A stretch of 64,000 nt of DNA from Octopus sinensis (GCF_006345805.1 NC_043009.1:2542001-2606000), one strand, 5' to 3'; positions 27,936-40,302 are shown, counted from the first letter of the stretch. The notes: generated from the letters alone by a model not told the origin. Made by a program: numbers and translations.

Positions 27936-28109
27936 CATGGTGGCATGTAAAGCGTTAGTCCAAATAGATGAGAATGTTGGTATTAAATGATTTTAAGAAG
28001 AATCTTCAACAGGTGCAAAGTCTGACGGCCGTTTCGAGGATATATAGGTTGGTATGGGTGAGTTATATAATATATATATATATACATACATATATATATA
28101 TACGTATAC

Positions 28110-28154
<45 letters not shown>

Positions 28155-28187
28155 CATATATATATACATACTATATATATATATATA

Positions 28188-28229
<42 letters not shown>

Positions 28230-28988
28230 ATATCAATAATAACAAAGAGTAAAATTAATCAATTAACTAGTAATCAATAATTTCCCCAAGTAAAATTCGG
28301 CATGAAAAAGGACCATTTCACGGTAAACTTAAGTAATACTTTACAATTAGGGTAAATAGTAGAGGAAATAGCTAAGGTTCTTTGGCTGCTATTTCTAAAC
28401 TTCGGTATGCCGTAAAGGAAATCTTTGCTGAACCCTAATTATAACGTATATATATATATGGGTGGCTTATTAAAAATTTAACAATCTAAATGCAAATTTA
28501 ACTACCTCACTAAAATGACGTGGTAGGGGAGGGGAAGATTTGAAGAAGGTTGAAGGACTAAGGAATAGGCGAGAGGGGAAATAAATCAGAGGGACCAAAT
28601 AATGAGAGAAGGGATCACAGAATGTGAGGGAGGGAGAGAGAGAGAGAGAGAGAGAGAAAAGGTACAAGGGAGATGAGGAAGGGGAGCAAAAGAAATTGAA
28701 TGATAAGAGGGAGGGGGAAGTAGTACCAACAACACATTCGCCACAGAAGTACTATGTTAATGACTGCACTGAATTCTTATCATCTGTTCTGTTTTTTTCC
28801 TTTTCGGAGGGGGCATATAATACCCTCTTTTCACAGTTTGGGAAGATTCCCACATATACGGAAACTCGAACGTATGTATACATTTGTATATACAGTTATG
28901 ACATACACACACACATATATATATGTATATATATATATATATGTATAGTTTTCTATATAATATAGATAGAGAGAAATGTGTTTGTATG

Positions 28989-29043
<55 letters not shown>

Positions 29044-29922
29044 GTAGAAAAGGAATACACGAGTTGATATGTATAAGCAAATATATTATATATTTATATA
29101 TATTTATATATATTATATATATATATATATATAATATATATATACATATGGATTTATATTATATATATGCATGGATTTACATATACATATATACATGCAT
29201 ACATATATGCTTATATGCATGCCGTTATATATTCACACATCCACATATGCGCGTGAGTGTATATGTCTTCACATATACATATACAAACGTGTTTTGGCGA
29301 ATCCGAATATTATTCTCGGTCAACGCTTATTAATACCCCCTTAGGTCAGTTCAAAAGATGTATAAATGAACAAATTAAGTAGGGGATAGGATAATAAGGA
29401 AAGAAGCATCAAAGCTAATTAGATCAAGAAAATTTAGAGAAATTGTACGGAAAAAAAGCATGGCACCACCATAAAATACTAAAACAAAATACTAATCTAT
29501 GATAAAAAGCTTGTATCATTAAGCATTTTAATTCGGCATCGTTCGGATATCCGGTCTGTCTTAATGGCCGAAATTTCCTGTCTTTAATTAATCAATAGAA
29601 AATTGGGTTCTGTCTGTTTAGACTCTTTATTATGTTTCTGAACCGCTGATCTAGAGTTTATACAAGTGGTAAATTAGAAAGAGAAGAATATGTCAGAAGT
29701 ATGATGCAATATTTCACTCGGAGAATGCATACATAAAAACATACATACACACATACACACATACACATATGCCCATGTGCGTTTCTGCATGTGTATTTAG
29801 TAGAATGACAAATAATGAGAGATTTATTTAATTAATATATTTATATATATGTAATGTGTATGTATGTATGTATGTATGTATGTATGTATGTATGTATGTA
29901 TGTATATATGTATGTATGTATG

Positions 29923-29963
<41 letters not shown>

Positions 29964-30091
29964 GTAAAGAGTGAAAAAACGACAGAAGGCTTAAATGTTA
30001 AAAAATATATATATTTGCGTCAATATGTCTGAAGAATATTAGAAATTTTTTTTTAAAAACTTTTTTCTCTTATAATGACATAATTTTTAAA

Positions 30092-30126
30092 GAAAGACCG
30101 GTTTCGCGTGTAGTTTTTCAAATTTC
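30092..30126 (-). ncRNA. Variant minimal HHR (U3-A8 core), slightly decayed
   Basis: GAAAT-TTGAAAA-ACtacacGC-GAAA-CCGG-TC|TTTC, compared with the copies at 50899 and 51132. Confidence 0.55.
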
Positions 30127-30259
30127 TTGTGACGTTATGTTTATGTTGAATAGAGTTATCGTTGTGTTTATGTTCCGGAAAGTTCTAAATAAGGGGAGGT
30201 AGTTGGTGATTTCTTCCGGTGTAAGGGAGATAATCGCTTAAAAATTTTTTTCCTTTCCC

Positions 30260-30845
30260 TTAATGTGAATTTCTCTGTATCAGTATGTTCGGATGGTTGA
30301 GTCTGGGCTTGTACTTTTCAATGAAGAATGTTTCCTTGTTTAGTCTAATTTGTGTTGATGATCCGAAAGCACATTGGTAAAATGGAAAGATTAAAAATTG
30401 TGGTAGTAGTTGCTTTGTGCATTTCTCAATGTGCTCACTAAAAGGTATCATTCTATATTCTGGGAATGCAATCTGTTGTCGATGCAGTGTGCATCTACGT
30501 CTGAGTGATAGTCCCGTTGAACCCACGTAGTCTTGGTGGCAGCCCGAGCATTTTATGACATAAATTATGTTTTCAGAGGCACAAGTAAAGTTAGATTTGA
30601 TCTTGAATTTCTGTCCCTCTTTAAAGAGGAATTCTGATCCTTCTAGCAGGTTAGGACATGTTGCACAGTTCGATATACCACATTTTTTTACTTTTGCATC
30701 CGTAATTTCAGATGACAATTTTGCCTTTGTGAGAATCTTTTTAAGTGATTTAGGCTGTTTGTAGCTTTTAATGATTTGGTGTATGTTTAGAATTTCCTTT
30801 AATTTGGGGTTTTTATGAAGTATTGGTAAATTCTGGGTGATGATG
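30260..30845 (-). CDS. PLE GIY-YIG endonuclease domain, 5'-truncated but uninterrupted frame
   Basis: KCGISNCATC...NIIYVIKCSGCHQDYVGST...RRRCTLH...EH...KETFFIEKYKPRLN: GIY-YIG signature with PLE Cys/His motifs (Neptune-like by inference). Confidence 0.85.
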
Positions 30846-30848
30846 GTG

Positions 30849-31317
30849 ACTCAGTGTGCTGGGTTGGATGGAGGTTAAGAGCTGTTACAGTTTGACTGAA
30901 ATCTTGGGGAGGATAAGTAGCGAAATAACTTCGTGTAATACAGCACAGACATTTAAATGGATAGGGTTTTTCCAATACTTTAAATGGATAGAAAAATGTG
31001 GCATCTTAAAACGGGAACTGTTCCTGTTATTGTAGGTGCCCCAGGTATGATAAGCATAAGGGATGTCAGAAACATCAAGATAAGATCCCAGGAAAACCAT
31101 GTCGTAAAGGGATCCAAAAAATTGCACTGACAAGTACTGCTCACATCCTTAGAAAAACCCTATCCATTTAAATGTCTGTGGTGTATTACATGAAGTTATT
31201 TCGCTACTTATCCTCCCCAAGATTTCAGTCAAACTGTAACAGCTCTTAACTTCCATCCAACCCAGCACACTGAGTGTGTCTCGGCAAGTGAATGTAACAA
31301 ACACAGATTAAAAGTAA

Positions 31318-31388
<71 letters not shown>

Positions 31389-31389
31389 C

Positions 31390-31420
<31 letters not shown>
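30849..31420 (+). mobile_element. R4/Dong-like (RLE) LINE 3' end with (TAA)n tail and an inverted duplicate of its own 3' end
   Basis: KMWHLKTGTVPVIVGAPGMI, frameshift, GCQKHQDKIPGKPCRKGIQKIALTSTAHILRKTLSI* (stop 31169-31171). Arms 30849-30972 and 31152-31275 are inverted; TAA array from about 31320. Confidence 0.8.
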
Positions 31421-31421
<1 letters not shown>

Positions 31422-31968
31422 GAGCAGTTCATGCCATCAAAGTGACACTGGGGTAAAATATACGAAGCCCAATATACCCATCATGACTACCCGTCTGATA
31501 AGGGTACACCAGGCACATGCATCACAACCATATGTGCGCGACATGGTGATCTCATATCAAGATAAACAGCACATGACCTTGCAGGTGGGGCCCAGTTAGA
31601 ATTTTCTTCTGGTCGAGTAGCCCATCCCGCTCAAACGGTCCCTGAATAAGGGTTGTTTAAGGATGTTGAAAGAACCACCCATGTTTCCAGAGGTGAACTA
31701 TTCAAACCCCAAAGAATCCCTCTCAACACATGGCTATGATGCTCCCCCACTACTTCTGCTCGTGATCAGAGATGCACATATCGTCAGCCACTAAGGGACA
31801 TGGTCAACTGGTTAACGTCAAACAACTGACAAGCAAATCTGTGGTATTGAGCAGAATATTTGCTGAAGCCCATCTTTTATACCAAGACAAAACAATGTAC
31901 ATGATAACACTTCCAATCAGTTAATATCAGAAGTCATGAGAGCCACTGCCTGGTACTACATCAGGGCA
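31421..31968 (-). mobile_element. Non-coding ~550-bp interspersed element embedded in TAA repeats
   Basis: Flanked by (TAA)n on both sides; its end is duplicated in inverted orientation at 32076-32282. Confidence 0.7.
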
Positions 31969-32075
31969 TATAATAATAATAATAATGATGATGATGATGT
32001 TGATAATAACAACAACAACAACGATGCTGATGACGACGACGACGATGATGATGATGATGATACAGTACCACATGC

Positions 32076-32282
32076 CCTGATGCAGTACCAGGCAGTGGTT
32101 CTCGTGGCTTCTGATCTTAACTGATAGGAAGTGTTATCATGTACATTGTTTCGTCTTGGTATAAAAGATGGGCTACAGCAAATATTCTGCTCAATACCAC
32201 AGATTTGCTTGTCAGTCGTTTGACCTTAACCAGTTGAACATGTCCCTTAGTGGCTGACGATATGTGCATCTCTGATCACGAG
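32076..32282 (+). mobile_element. Second, truncated copy of the same element in opposite orientation
   Basis: tgccctgatgcagtaccaggcagtgg...ctctgatcacgagc is the reverse complement of about 31757-31968. Confidence 0.85.
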
Positions 32283-32666
32283 CTCGATGAGAGACATATA
32301 GATGGTCTGGAAGAAGAGATTAAAACCAAGGGTGACATGACAGAAAAGGGTGACATATCAAGAAGAAGAAATATAATGGGAGTAACAAAAGAAAAGATCC
32401 ATTATGGAAAAGAAGAATATAAGCGGGGTCCAAACAAGTCCTGCCCTTGATAACTGGTTAGATAGACAAAGAAAAAATGTGTGGGGGGTTGTTTTACGAA
32501 CATATAACATTTATCTACATCAAATTTTCATATGAAAAATGGCCTCCGCAAAGTTAGGCTACGAGACGATAGAGAAAAATGGTAAAATGAAAATAACATA
32601 CGATCAGAAGACATAGGTACATTATTTACATTCGACGGATATTTGTAACCATCTTGCTTGTTGTTA

Positions 32667-32710
32667 ACACAAATTTTCGGCTGATATACCTTCCAGCCTT
32701 CTTCAGGTGT
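32667..32710 (-). ncRNA. Minimal type-I HHR in a short repeat (about 32615-32735)
   Basis: ACAC-CTGAAGA-A-GGCTGgaaggtatatCAGCC-GAAA-AT-TT|GTGT. Perfect 4-bp stem I, 5-bp stem II and AAATTT palindrome. Confidence 0.75.
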
Positions 32711-33329
32711 CTTGGGAAAATTCCTCATCTCTTAAATATAGAATAGAAGACATAGGTGATTTAGCAAGACGAATCAAATGAAGAATTTACTGAAGAAAAC
32801 GCCCCTAACAAGTTATCATGAAGATAACTCAAACAATAACAGTAGCAATAATATCTCTTGCTCAATTTCAAATACAGTCCTTCGTTCATATGGCAGCAGT
32901 TGTGTGAAGGCAAACGATCCTTCAATGCAAAGTGAAAACACGGTTACTTTAGGGTTTCTTACGATTAACAGAAAACGATGTAAGTGGGAGGATTTCGTAG
33001 ATCGAAACATCATTTCCTTGTCACTGTATTCAAAGCAGGAGACGACAAGAAAAAATGGAAAATATCACGTATTCTTGCCTATCAACGGGGGAAACGAATT
33101 ACGTCTTCCCTCGGGATGTGCTGGAATAATTATTATGCGTTCGTAGTTCAAATTGTATTGCGGTCACCTTTGCCTTTCATTCATTCGGGGGTCGGTCGAT
33201 TAAATAAAGCCCCATCCATTCAAAATTATTGGACTTGTAAAAAACCTAGAAACAATTAAAATTATTATTGTCATTATTCATGTCACAATTACCATCATCC
33301 CAATCTTCATCATCATCATCATCTTCATC

Positions 33330-33365
<36 letters not shown>

Positions 33366-33727
33366 GTGAACAGCAGTAGTATTATCTCAGGAAGTTTATC
33401 CTTTGTCCTTTATCCCTCTAGAAATCAATACCGGATATGCAAAAAATTCGATCGACTTTTACCTCTCTCAGACACTGTGGACTTGTGTCATATTCAGAGG
33501 CATCATTTTTATTACCATAAATATCATAATTACATTCATTAACTTTACCGTCATTATGCTCATCAATATATTTAATATTAATAAAGATAATTTATTTTGC
33601 TGGTTATCACTTCCGAAGATTTGGCGAGGAGAGCGCTGAGGCAAACTGCTTAGGAAACAACAAGCATTAAATGGATGGGGAATCTACATCGAAAGGAAGT
33701 GTGAGAAAGAAATACTCCTAAAAAGTA

Positions 33728-34167
33728 TTCTCTCTTTACTTGTTCCAGTCATTTGACTGCGGCCATGCTGGAGCACCACCCTTAGTCGACGAAACCGTCC
33801 CCAGGACTTATTCTTTGTAAGCCTAGTACTTATTCTATAGGTCTCTTTTACCGAACCGCTAAGTTATAGGGTCGTAAATCAACCAGCATCGGTTGTCAAG
33901 TGACAAACACAGACACAGAAACATATACATATATATATATATAGTTAATCCAAACAAGAAAGCACAAAAAAACACAACAACGCGAGGACGTGGAACAAAT
34001 ATAGTATTATTGGACGCTCAGGAAAGGAGGAAAGAAGGAGGGTTTAACGTTTCGAGCGGAGGTCTTCGTCGGAAACATAGGAGAAGGAAAGATCTAGAGA
34101 AGGGAAGACAGAGGAAAAAAATCGCCAACGGTACACACGCGGTCACATTTATATATGCATACATACA

Positions 34168-34257
<90 letters not shown>

Positions 34258-34397
34258 GAGAAGCTTCTTTCAGTTTCCGTCTAACAAATCCTCTCACAAG
34301 GCTTTGGTCAGCCCGAGGCTATAGTAGAAGACACATTCCCAAGGTGCCACGCAGTGGGACTGAATCCGGAACCATGTGGTTCGTTAGCAAGCTACTT
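33728..34397 (-). mobile_element. SINE family A interrupted by an HHR-bearing repeat
   Basis: 3' half 33728-33920 and 5' half 34255-34397, with the insert inside the internal microsatellite. Confidence 0.85.
33944..34149 (-). mobile_element. Short HHR-bearing repeat, HHR at 34042-34076
   Basis: GTTT-CCGACGA-A-GACCtccGCTC-GAAA-CG-TT|AAAC; both ends abut TA repeats. Confidence 0.7.
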
Positions 34398-34589
34398 TAT
34401 TTCATTAAGATTTGCCATAAAGACATTACAAAGAGTAGCTTGCGGGCTGGACATGTACATTGATGAGGCGAATGATGAAACAAGGATGATAATGATGAGA
34501 GAAGGCAGAAAACGTCCGCCGATTTTCTGCTTCTCTAAAACATTGTTCATTTTTCCCATCAAAAACGACAATTATTGGACTTAATTGTC

Positions 34590-35720
34590 CATTACAAATA
34601 TATATATTAAATATATATTCAATATATACACAATCTATAAGATCAATCCTCCTCATCGGAGCCCCGAAGCAAATGACACGCCGCCTGCAGGAAACCAGCA
34701 TCGGCAGGTCAGGGCCCGGAAAGAGGAAAGCGAAATCTTCCTTATTACAGGACACTATGACCTCGAACCGCTCCTTGTGACTCACGACGTCCGCAGCAAC
34801 CTCCGGAGGCCAGTCTGGACAGTCTATACAAACCAAGTCCAATCGTTCTCGGCCTGGAAAACTGCCCAAGCACTTCTCGACAGGCCTTCCCCTGGGATAG
34901 AAAACGACGGGTTTCACGTCCTGCTCACGGGGAGGGGTCTCAGCCCGCTCTGTCAGTGTCACAATTCCCACTGACAGAGCCTCTCGCTCCGGTGGCACAC
35001 CTTCCACCGGAGGACGGCGGCACATTGATATCCGCCGACTGTCTCCCGTTTCTCTTCCTTCTCTTTTTCTTTCTTACGCGTGCGGGAGTCGGAGCCCCCA
35101 CCGGCACACCCGGGGGCGGGTCCTCCTCCTCTCCCGCAGCCTGCGCGTCTGTTGGTGAACAACTATTGTTGCTCACCTTCTTTGTCCTTCTCGTTGAGGC
35201 CGATGCCTCAACGACTTCCGCCGTTTCTCTCTGTAATGGGAGGGCGGACCTTACCACGGCCCCTGGGGCAGTCCTTCTTAATGTGGCCTGACTCCATGCA
35301 CGAGTGACACATGGGTGGGGGCAACCCTCAAGTATCACTGGATACCTTGAGTCATCCATTTTTAAGATGTCAGGGAAAGTAATTTCACCCGCGGGCACTG
35401 GAGTCCATAGGGTCAAAGTTACCTTTGCACCCTCCCAGTCGACCGCAGGCTTTATCTCTATATTTAAAAGCCTGGGCCCGCTATCCCCCAGGCCCCGCCG
35501 GATGGCATCTGCAATCCACCCCGCTTCGGTGCCCGGGGGGAGACCACATACCCAGGCCCTTATCACCTTCTTCCCACGATATGTGGGAAGAAACACAATC
35601 TCCTCCCCTTCCAGGTGCTGGCCTGCCACAGTGCAAGCCTCCTCAAGAGTGTGAAAAAGTAGGCATACCGTGGCGTATTTGACATCCTGGTTACATAATA
35701 ATTTTTGGCTAGCAAACATT
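34590..35720 (-). mobile_element. GC-rich retroelement fragment encoding a gag-like ORF1 with a CCHC zinc knuckle (L1/Tx1-like by inference); no ORF2 seen
   Basis: CHSCMESGHIKKDC (CX2CX4HX4C) at 35268-35309 lies in a frame shifted from ORF 34940-35719; basic KKKRRKR patch; abrupt GC island in AT-rich DNA. Confidence 0.7.
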
Positions 35721-35847
35721 TTGCTAGCTCTTTATTACCCTTGTATTATTAATAGCCTTGTATTATTAACTTTATTAACTTTAATACCCTTGTATTATTA
35801 ATAGCCTGCCAACTTCATTTGCATAAATCATTAATCCTCTCTGCTAC

Positions 35848-36022
35848 AGGCACAAGGCCTGAAATTTGCAGGAGTGGTGGTGGTAGGGGGTCATCGCTTA
35901 CATCGACCAGAGTTCTCGACTCCGAAAAGAGGGAAAGCAAAGTCGACGTCGGTGAAATTTGAACTCAGAACGTATAGCCAGACGAAATGTTGCGAAGCAT
36001 CTTACCCGGCGTTCCAACGATT
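35848..36022 (-). mobile_element. SINE family B, degenerate
   Basis: caggcacaaggcctgaaattt...gaaatttgaactcagaacgta landmarks. Confidence 0.75.
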
Positions 36023-36934
36023 TGTAAAGATAAATAATAATTAATGAAACAAACAGAGACGGACCTCTGTTCTATCTTCTGAATAAACTGCATATGAATT
36101 AACGAGCAAGTGGTTGAATATTCCATAGACATGTGGAATCCATAACGTAATTCTCCTCTAGAATCAAATTGGCATATTGTGTACAAGGCGGAATCATTTG
36201 AATCAGGGGTGAAGTTCGCCCGTCTCTCATCAATACAGTTACTATGTGCAACATTCCACTCAGAATAATAAATGATACCTACCCAAGGTTCCAAGTAGTT
36301 GTATCAGACCCGCATCGTCTGGATTCGGATCGAACTTCTTAACTGTTCGTCCATACAGCGGTTACACATTCACAATACAGAACAAAGTTGGACTAAAAGA
36401 AGTGTATCACGAAAATGTGGGGTCAACTACATGATGATACCGACAACCCGCATTCATGACTTCAGTTAATCCGCGCACACCATAAGAAAATGACAGATCT
36501 GTTTGTTCCTGCTGGCCGACAGTCGTACAGTTACTCTTGAGCAGTTTTAGTAACCTATATTAGCTCTTCTGGATATTTCTATGCTGTGAGGAACGGGAAA
36601 GACATGACGACTTAGGCAGAACCTTTCACACCACTTCTTATTTTATTTATTATCGTTCTTCTTTTACTGATTTAACAAGAGACGCAACACTAAGAAACTT
36701 CTTGTCGGTTCTTTCAGCTCCCCTTATCTAGCTTTCATAAGACTCAATGGAGGGTATCATAATCCTATCTAGCTTTATTTCTCTGTTGCTGAATAAGTTT
36801 ATGGGGGCGAGGTAAGGTTTTTATATACAAGATTTGTACTCATTTTGATTTATATTTGCATGAGCATTTATCGTATTTATTTGTATATAAGGCAGTCCCA
36901 ACTCCAAATACCAGCGTTGTTATCATGCTAGCTA

Positions 36935-37168
36935 TACCTATTTCTTGACTACCCACAAGGGGCTAAACACAGAGAGGACAAACAAGGACAGACAAACGGA
37001 TTAAGTCGATTATATCGACCCCAGTGCGTAACTGTTGCTTATTTAATCGACCCCGAAAGGATGAATGGCAAAGTCGACCTCGGCGGAATATAAACTCTGA
37101 ACGTAGTAGCAGACGAAATACCGCTAAGCATTTTGCCTGAAGTGCTAACGATTCTGCCAGCTCGCCAC
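36935..37168 (-). mobile_element. SINE family B head unit ending at the multimer junction
   Basis: Very close to the 6290-6524 unit. Confidence 0.9.
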
Positions 37169-37303
37169 TACACCATGAGTATTACTGTTACTACAAATTG
37201 GTCGAAGTTGATGTTTATCGATGCGGTTTACATCTCTTTTGTTGGTATTTAGATGCAAATGTTTGCTAGATCTAGTAGGTGGGTTAGTGAACCTTTGCCG
37301 CAT

Positions 37304-37633
37304 TTAGCTATTGTTTATACGATGCATAAGCTGCTCTAAATTTGTAGAGTTGTCGTAGGATACCTTCACGGTGTGTCGATTAAAAATAGTATGATACTGA
37401 TTAGATTTAGGCAAGCACTTGTCCAAAGCAGCAAAATATTTTCCAGCGATCCTTGATGAAACACTCAAACCGAAAATTGGGTTGAACCAGCGGACATCCT
37501 TATTCCTATATCTGTTGTTAGGTTTATTTGATCGAGTTTGTTGTACAGGATTGGAACAAGCAGTTGAATTACTATATCGCATGTGTCTATGGGTTTTCGT
37601 TGGTAGTTCATTCACATGACCAAATGAAAACAA
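37304..37633 (-). pseudogene. PLE thumb/linker fragment
   Basis: VRWFNPIFGLSVSSRIAGKYFAALDKCLPKSNQYHTIFNRHTVKVSY matches the PLE WFNPPF..N...IG..F...DK.FP.....HKIFNRNTVKVSY motif. Confidence 0.8.
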
Positions 37634-38094
37634 ATCTTGTATATTAAAGGTAAGGTTTTAAATGTGGATTTGTTTCTATGGTAGATCCGCCAATCAACCG
37701 AATCTATTGTGAGAATCGACCGGAAATGGTAGATACTTTTACTCCGCCGAGTGGCTTTGAAGGAGGATATCGTGCGGTCGACAAAACTGAAACTCAAGCC
37801 AACATCAATTAATTCGAGATCAAATGAAGAGGAAAATGAGACTGGAATGGAAGTTGATGATCGCCGGTGAAATTTGCGAAACGCTGAGAATATTGCTAAG
37901 AACTGCATTTGTCAGACTAGATGAATATCAGAGCGCAGTATAGAACAAATGTGATGGGGAGTGGGTTGGTATATACACGTGGTAATCAGCAAAAATTCTG
38001 GACCAGTGAAGTACCTTGATTTAATTTCTAGTATGGCGTCACGTTTCGAAATTGTTGCTCGTTTTTTGCTAGTTTGCATAAGTTTGTATAATCA

Positions 38095-38485
38095 CACATT
38101 TCTTCTTCTCTTCTTTCTTCTTCTTCTTCTTCTTCTCTTCTTCTTCTTTCTTCTTTTCTCTTCTTCTTCTTCTTCTTCTTCTTCTTCTTCTTCTTCTTCT
38201 TCTTCTCTTCTTCTTCTTCTTCTCTTCTTCTTCTTCTTTTCTTCTTCTTCTTCTTCTTCTTCTCTTTTCCTTCTTCTTCTTCTTCTTCTTCTTCTTTTCT
38301 TCTTCTTCTTCTTCTCTTCTTCTTCTTTTCCTTCTTCATCTTATCTCTTTCTCGTTCTTTTTCATCTCCTTTTCCTTCTTCTTCTTCTTCATCTCCTTCT
38401 CCTTCTCCTTCTTCTTCTTCTTCTTCTTCTTCTTCTCCTCCTCTTTCTTTTTCTTCTTCGTCTTCTTCTTCTCCCTTAGTAGTAA

Positions 38486-38524
<39 letters not shown>

Positions 38525-38540
38525 CGGCAGCAGCAGTAGA
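38095..38540. repeat. (TTC)n then (TAG)n compound microsatellite
   Basis: Directly visible. Confidence 0.95.
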
Positions 38541-39401
38541 GTATTGTTGCGACTGCTATACCTTATTATGCTATTTCGATTATTACCATTTTTAGCAATG
38601 GCGCAACGGTGTAACTAGTTGTAGTAGTAGTAGTACAGCTGTTCATGATGCTGTTGTTGTAGTCTTCACACGGTGGGTGATCCAGTAGAACCATTTGATC
38701 AGTGGCAAAATATACTTCGTGTTATTTCTTTCTTCCGACTCTGAAACATGAATTCGAATACCGCCGAGGTGAACTTTGACTTACATCCCAAAAGGGACGA
38801 TAACAACAGTAGCAATCAAGCAGTGAGGTCACTGGTTTCGGCTTTCTCTCTTCCCATACAATTACTGCCCTTGTGCCTAAAATCCGAAACTATTATTGTT
38901 CTTGTTCTTGTTCGTCATGTTTGCTTTTCGCTAGGAATATATTTATTATTATATCATCTAATAATCGTAATTATATTAATTATCCTTATACGCATATACT
39001 CGTTTCAATTATTGTACAAGTTTACCTAATTAAAATGTGGCTGAGGCCCACCAGGAATGCAAATGGATTCACGAACATTTTTCTTGTATTCACAGTAAAT
39101 GAGTTTCAGTAAACAAATTAAAATACAAAATGAAATGAAATTCTGTTGTTTTAAGCAAATATTTTTATTTTCATATTCTTTTCTTTTTATTTCTTTGGTG
39201 AAACTTCATAACTTTTAGAATATCAGCTTAAGGTTTAATATTTCCACATCAACTCAGCTTTTGATCGCATCACAGGCACTACTGTTGGTTTTATGTTTGA
39301 GGTGATTGTACGGCATCAAGTCAGTCTTCATCAAAGAAACTATGGTGAGAAATTTTCAATCATACAATATTTAGGCCGACATTAATGAATAGCCACAATC
39401 A

Positions 39402-39778
39402 CGACTGTGTGGAAAGAAGTTTGCTTTCCAGCGGCACAGTTTCATATTTCACCCTACTTCGTGGCAACTTGGGCCAGTGTCTTCTACACAAGCGTCAGGC
39501 CCGTAGACGGCAACTGACAGAAGCGCGTTATATAAACATCTATGTATGTGTGTGTGTGTGTGTGAGGTAGGTGTCTTTGTGCCTGCCTTTGCCCATTGCT
39601 GAACAATCGGTGTCTCCTTAATCTTCTGGTTCGGCAATTCGCTTAGGAGGTCAATAAATTAAGAACCAGGCTTTTCTAAAAATAACTGCTGGCGTCGATT
39701 CGTTTGACTAAAGTTCTTCAGGGTGTTGCCTGTCATGGTCGCATTCTAAAGAGTGAAACAAGTAAAAGATAAAAGATA
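39402..39778 (+). mobile_element. SINE family A, old copy
   Basis: cgtggcaacttgggccagtgtcttctac...gaaacaagtaaaagataaaagata. Confidence 0.7.
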
Positions 39779-40053
39779 AATTATGCAAACCTTGGTTGTG
39801 AGGTTATTCGTACTGATTTCAGGCAGGTTACTTCCTTGTTCCATGAGAATGAGCCACCAATTAGTGATTACACAGTTTGTTTATATTTCCTCATCATTAT
39901 CGCAAAACGGCGTAAAAGGGACTGATTCACTCGAATGCATATACTCTGTATAATCGAAATCTAGTTCATTTAACACTCGGCTTATTTTGGCGTTGCGATT
40001 GCTTCTAAAATATTCTCATGAATTTAGGTAATCTCACATGTTGGAAATATTAA

Positions 40054-40236
40054 TTTCAAATTTTGGCACAAGGCCAGCAATTTCAGCATAGAGGATACGA
40101 CAATCACATAGAAACTAATGTAAAACTAGGACTTATCTTATCGACCCTGGAAGGATGGAAGACATTCGACAAAACGTGAGTTTGAATTCGCAAACTAAAG
40201 ACGGACTAATTGCGGTGAAGCATTTTACCTGGCGTT
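40054..40236 (-). mobile_element. SINE family B, degenerate
   Basis: tttggcacaaggccagcaattt...ttatcgaccctggaaggatggaag. Confidence 0.65.
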
Positions 40237-40302
40237 ATATAATATATATATATATATATATTATATAATATATATATATATTAATATATATATATATATT
40301 AT

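Larger units (their letters stand above)
29958..30849 (-). mobile_element. Penelope-like element 3' part: linker, GIY-YIG endonuclease and pseudo-LTR with HHR
   Basis: The ORF extends upstream as ...SYKQPKSLKKILTKAK into the listed ORF; 29958-30260 is homologous to the 50761-51310 palindrome arms. Confidence 0.9.

Noticed and set aside
36280-36350. Possible minus-strand micro-exon (KKFDPNPDDAGLIQLLGTL, then GTAGGT)
   Set aside because: The acceptor lacks a pyrimidine tract and there is no supporting context.
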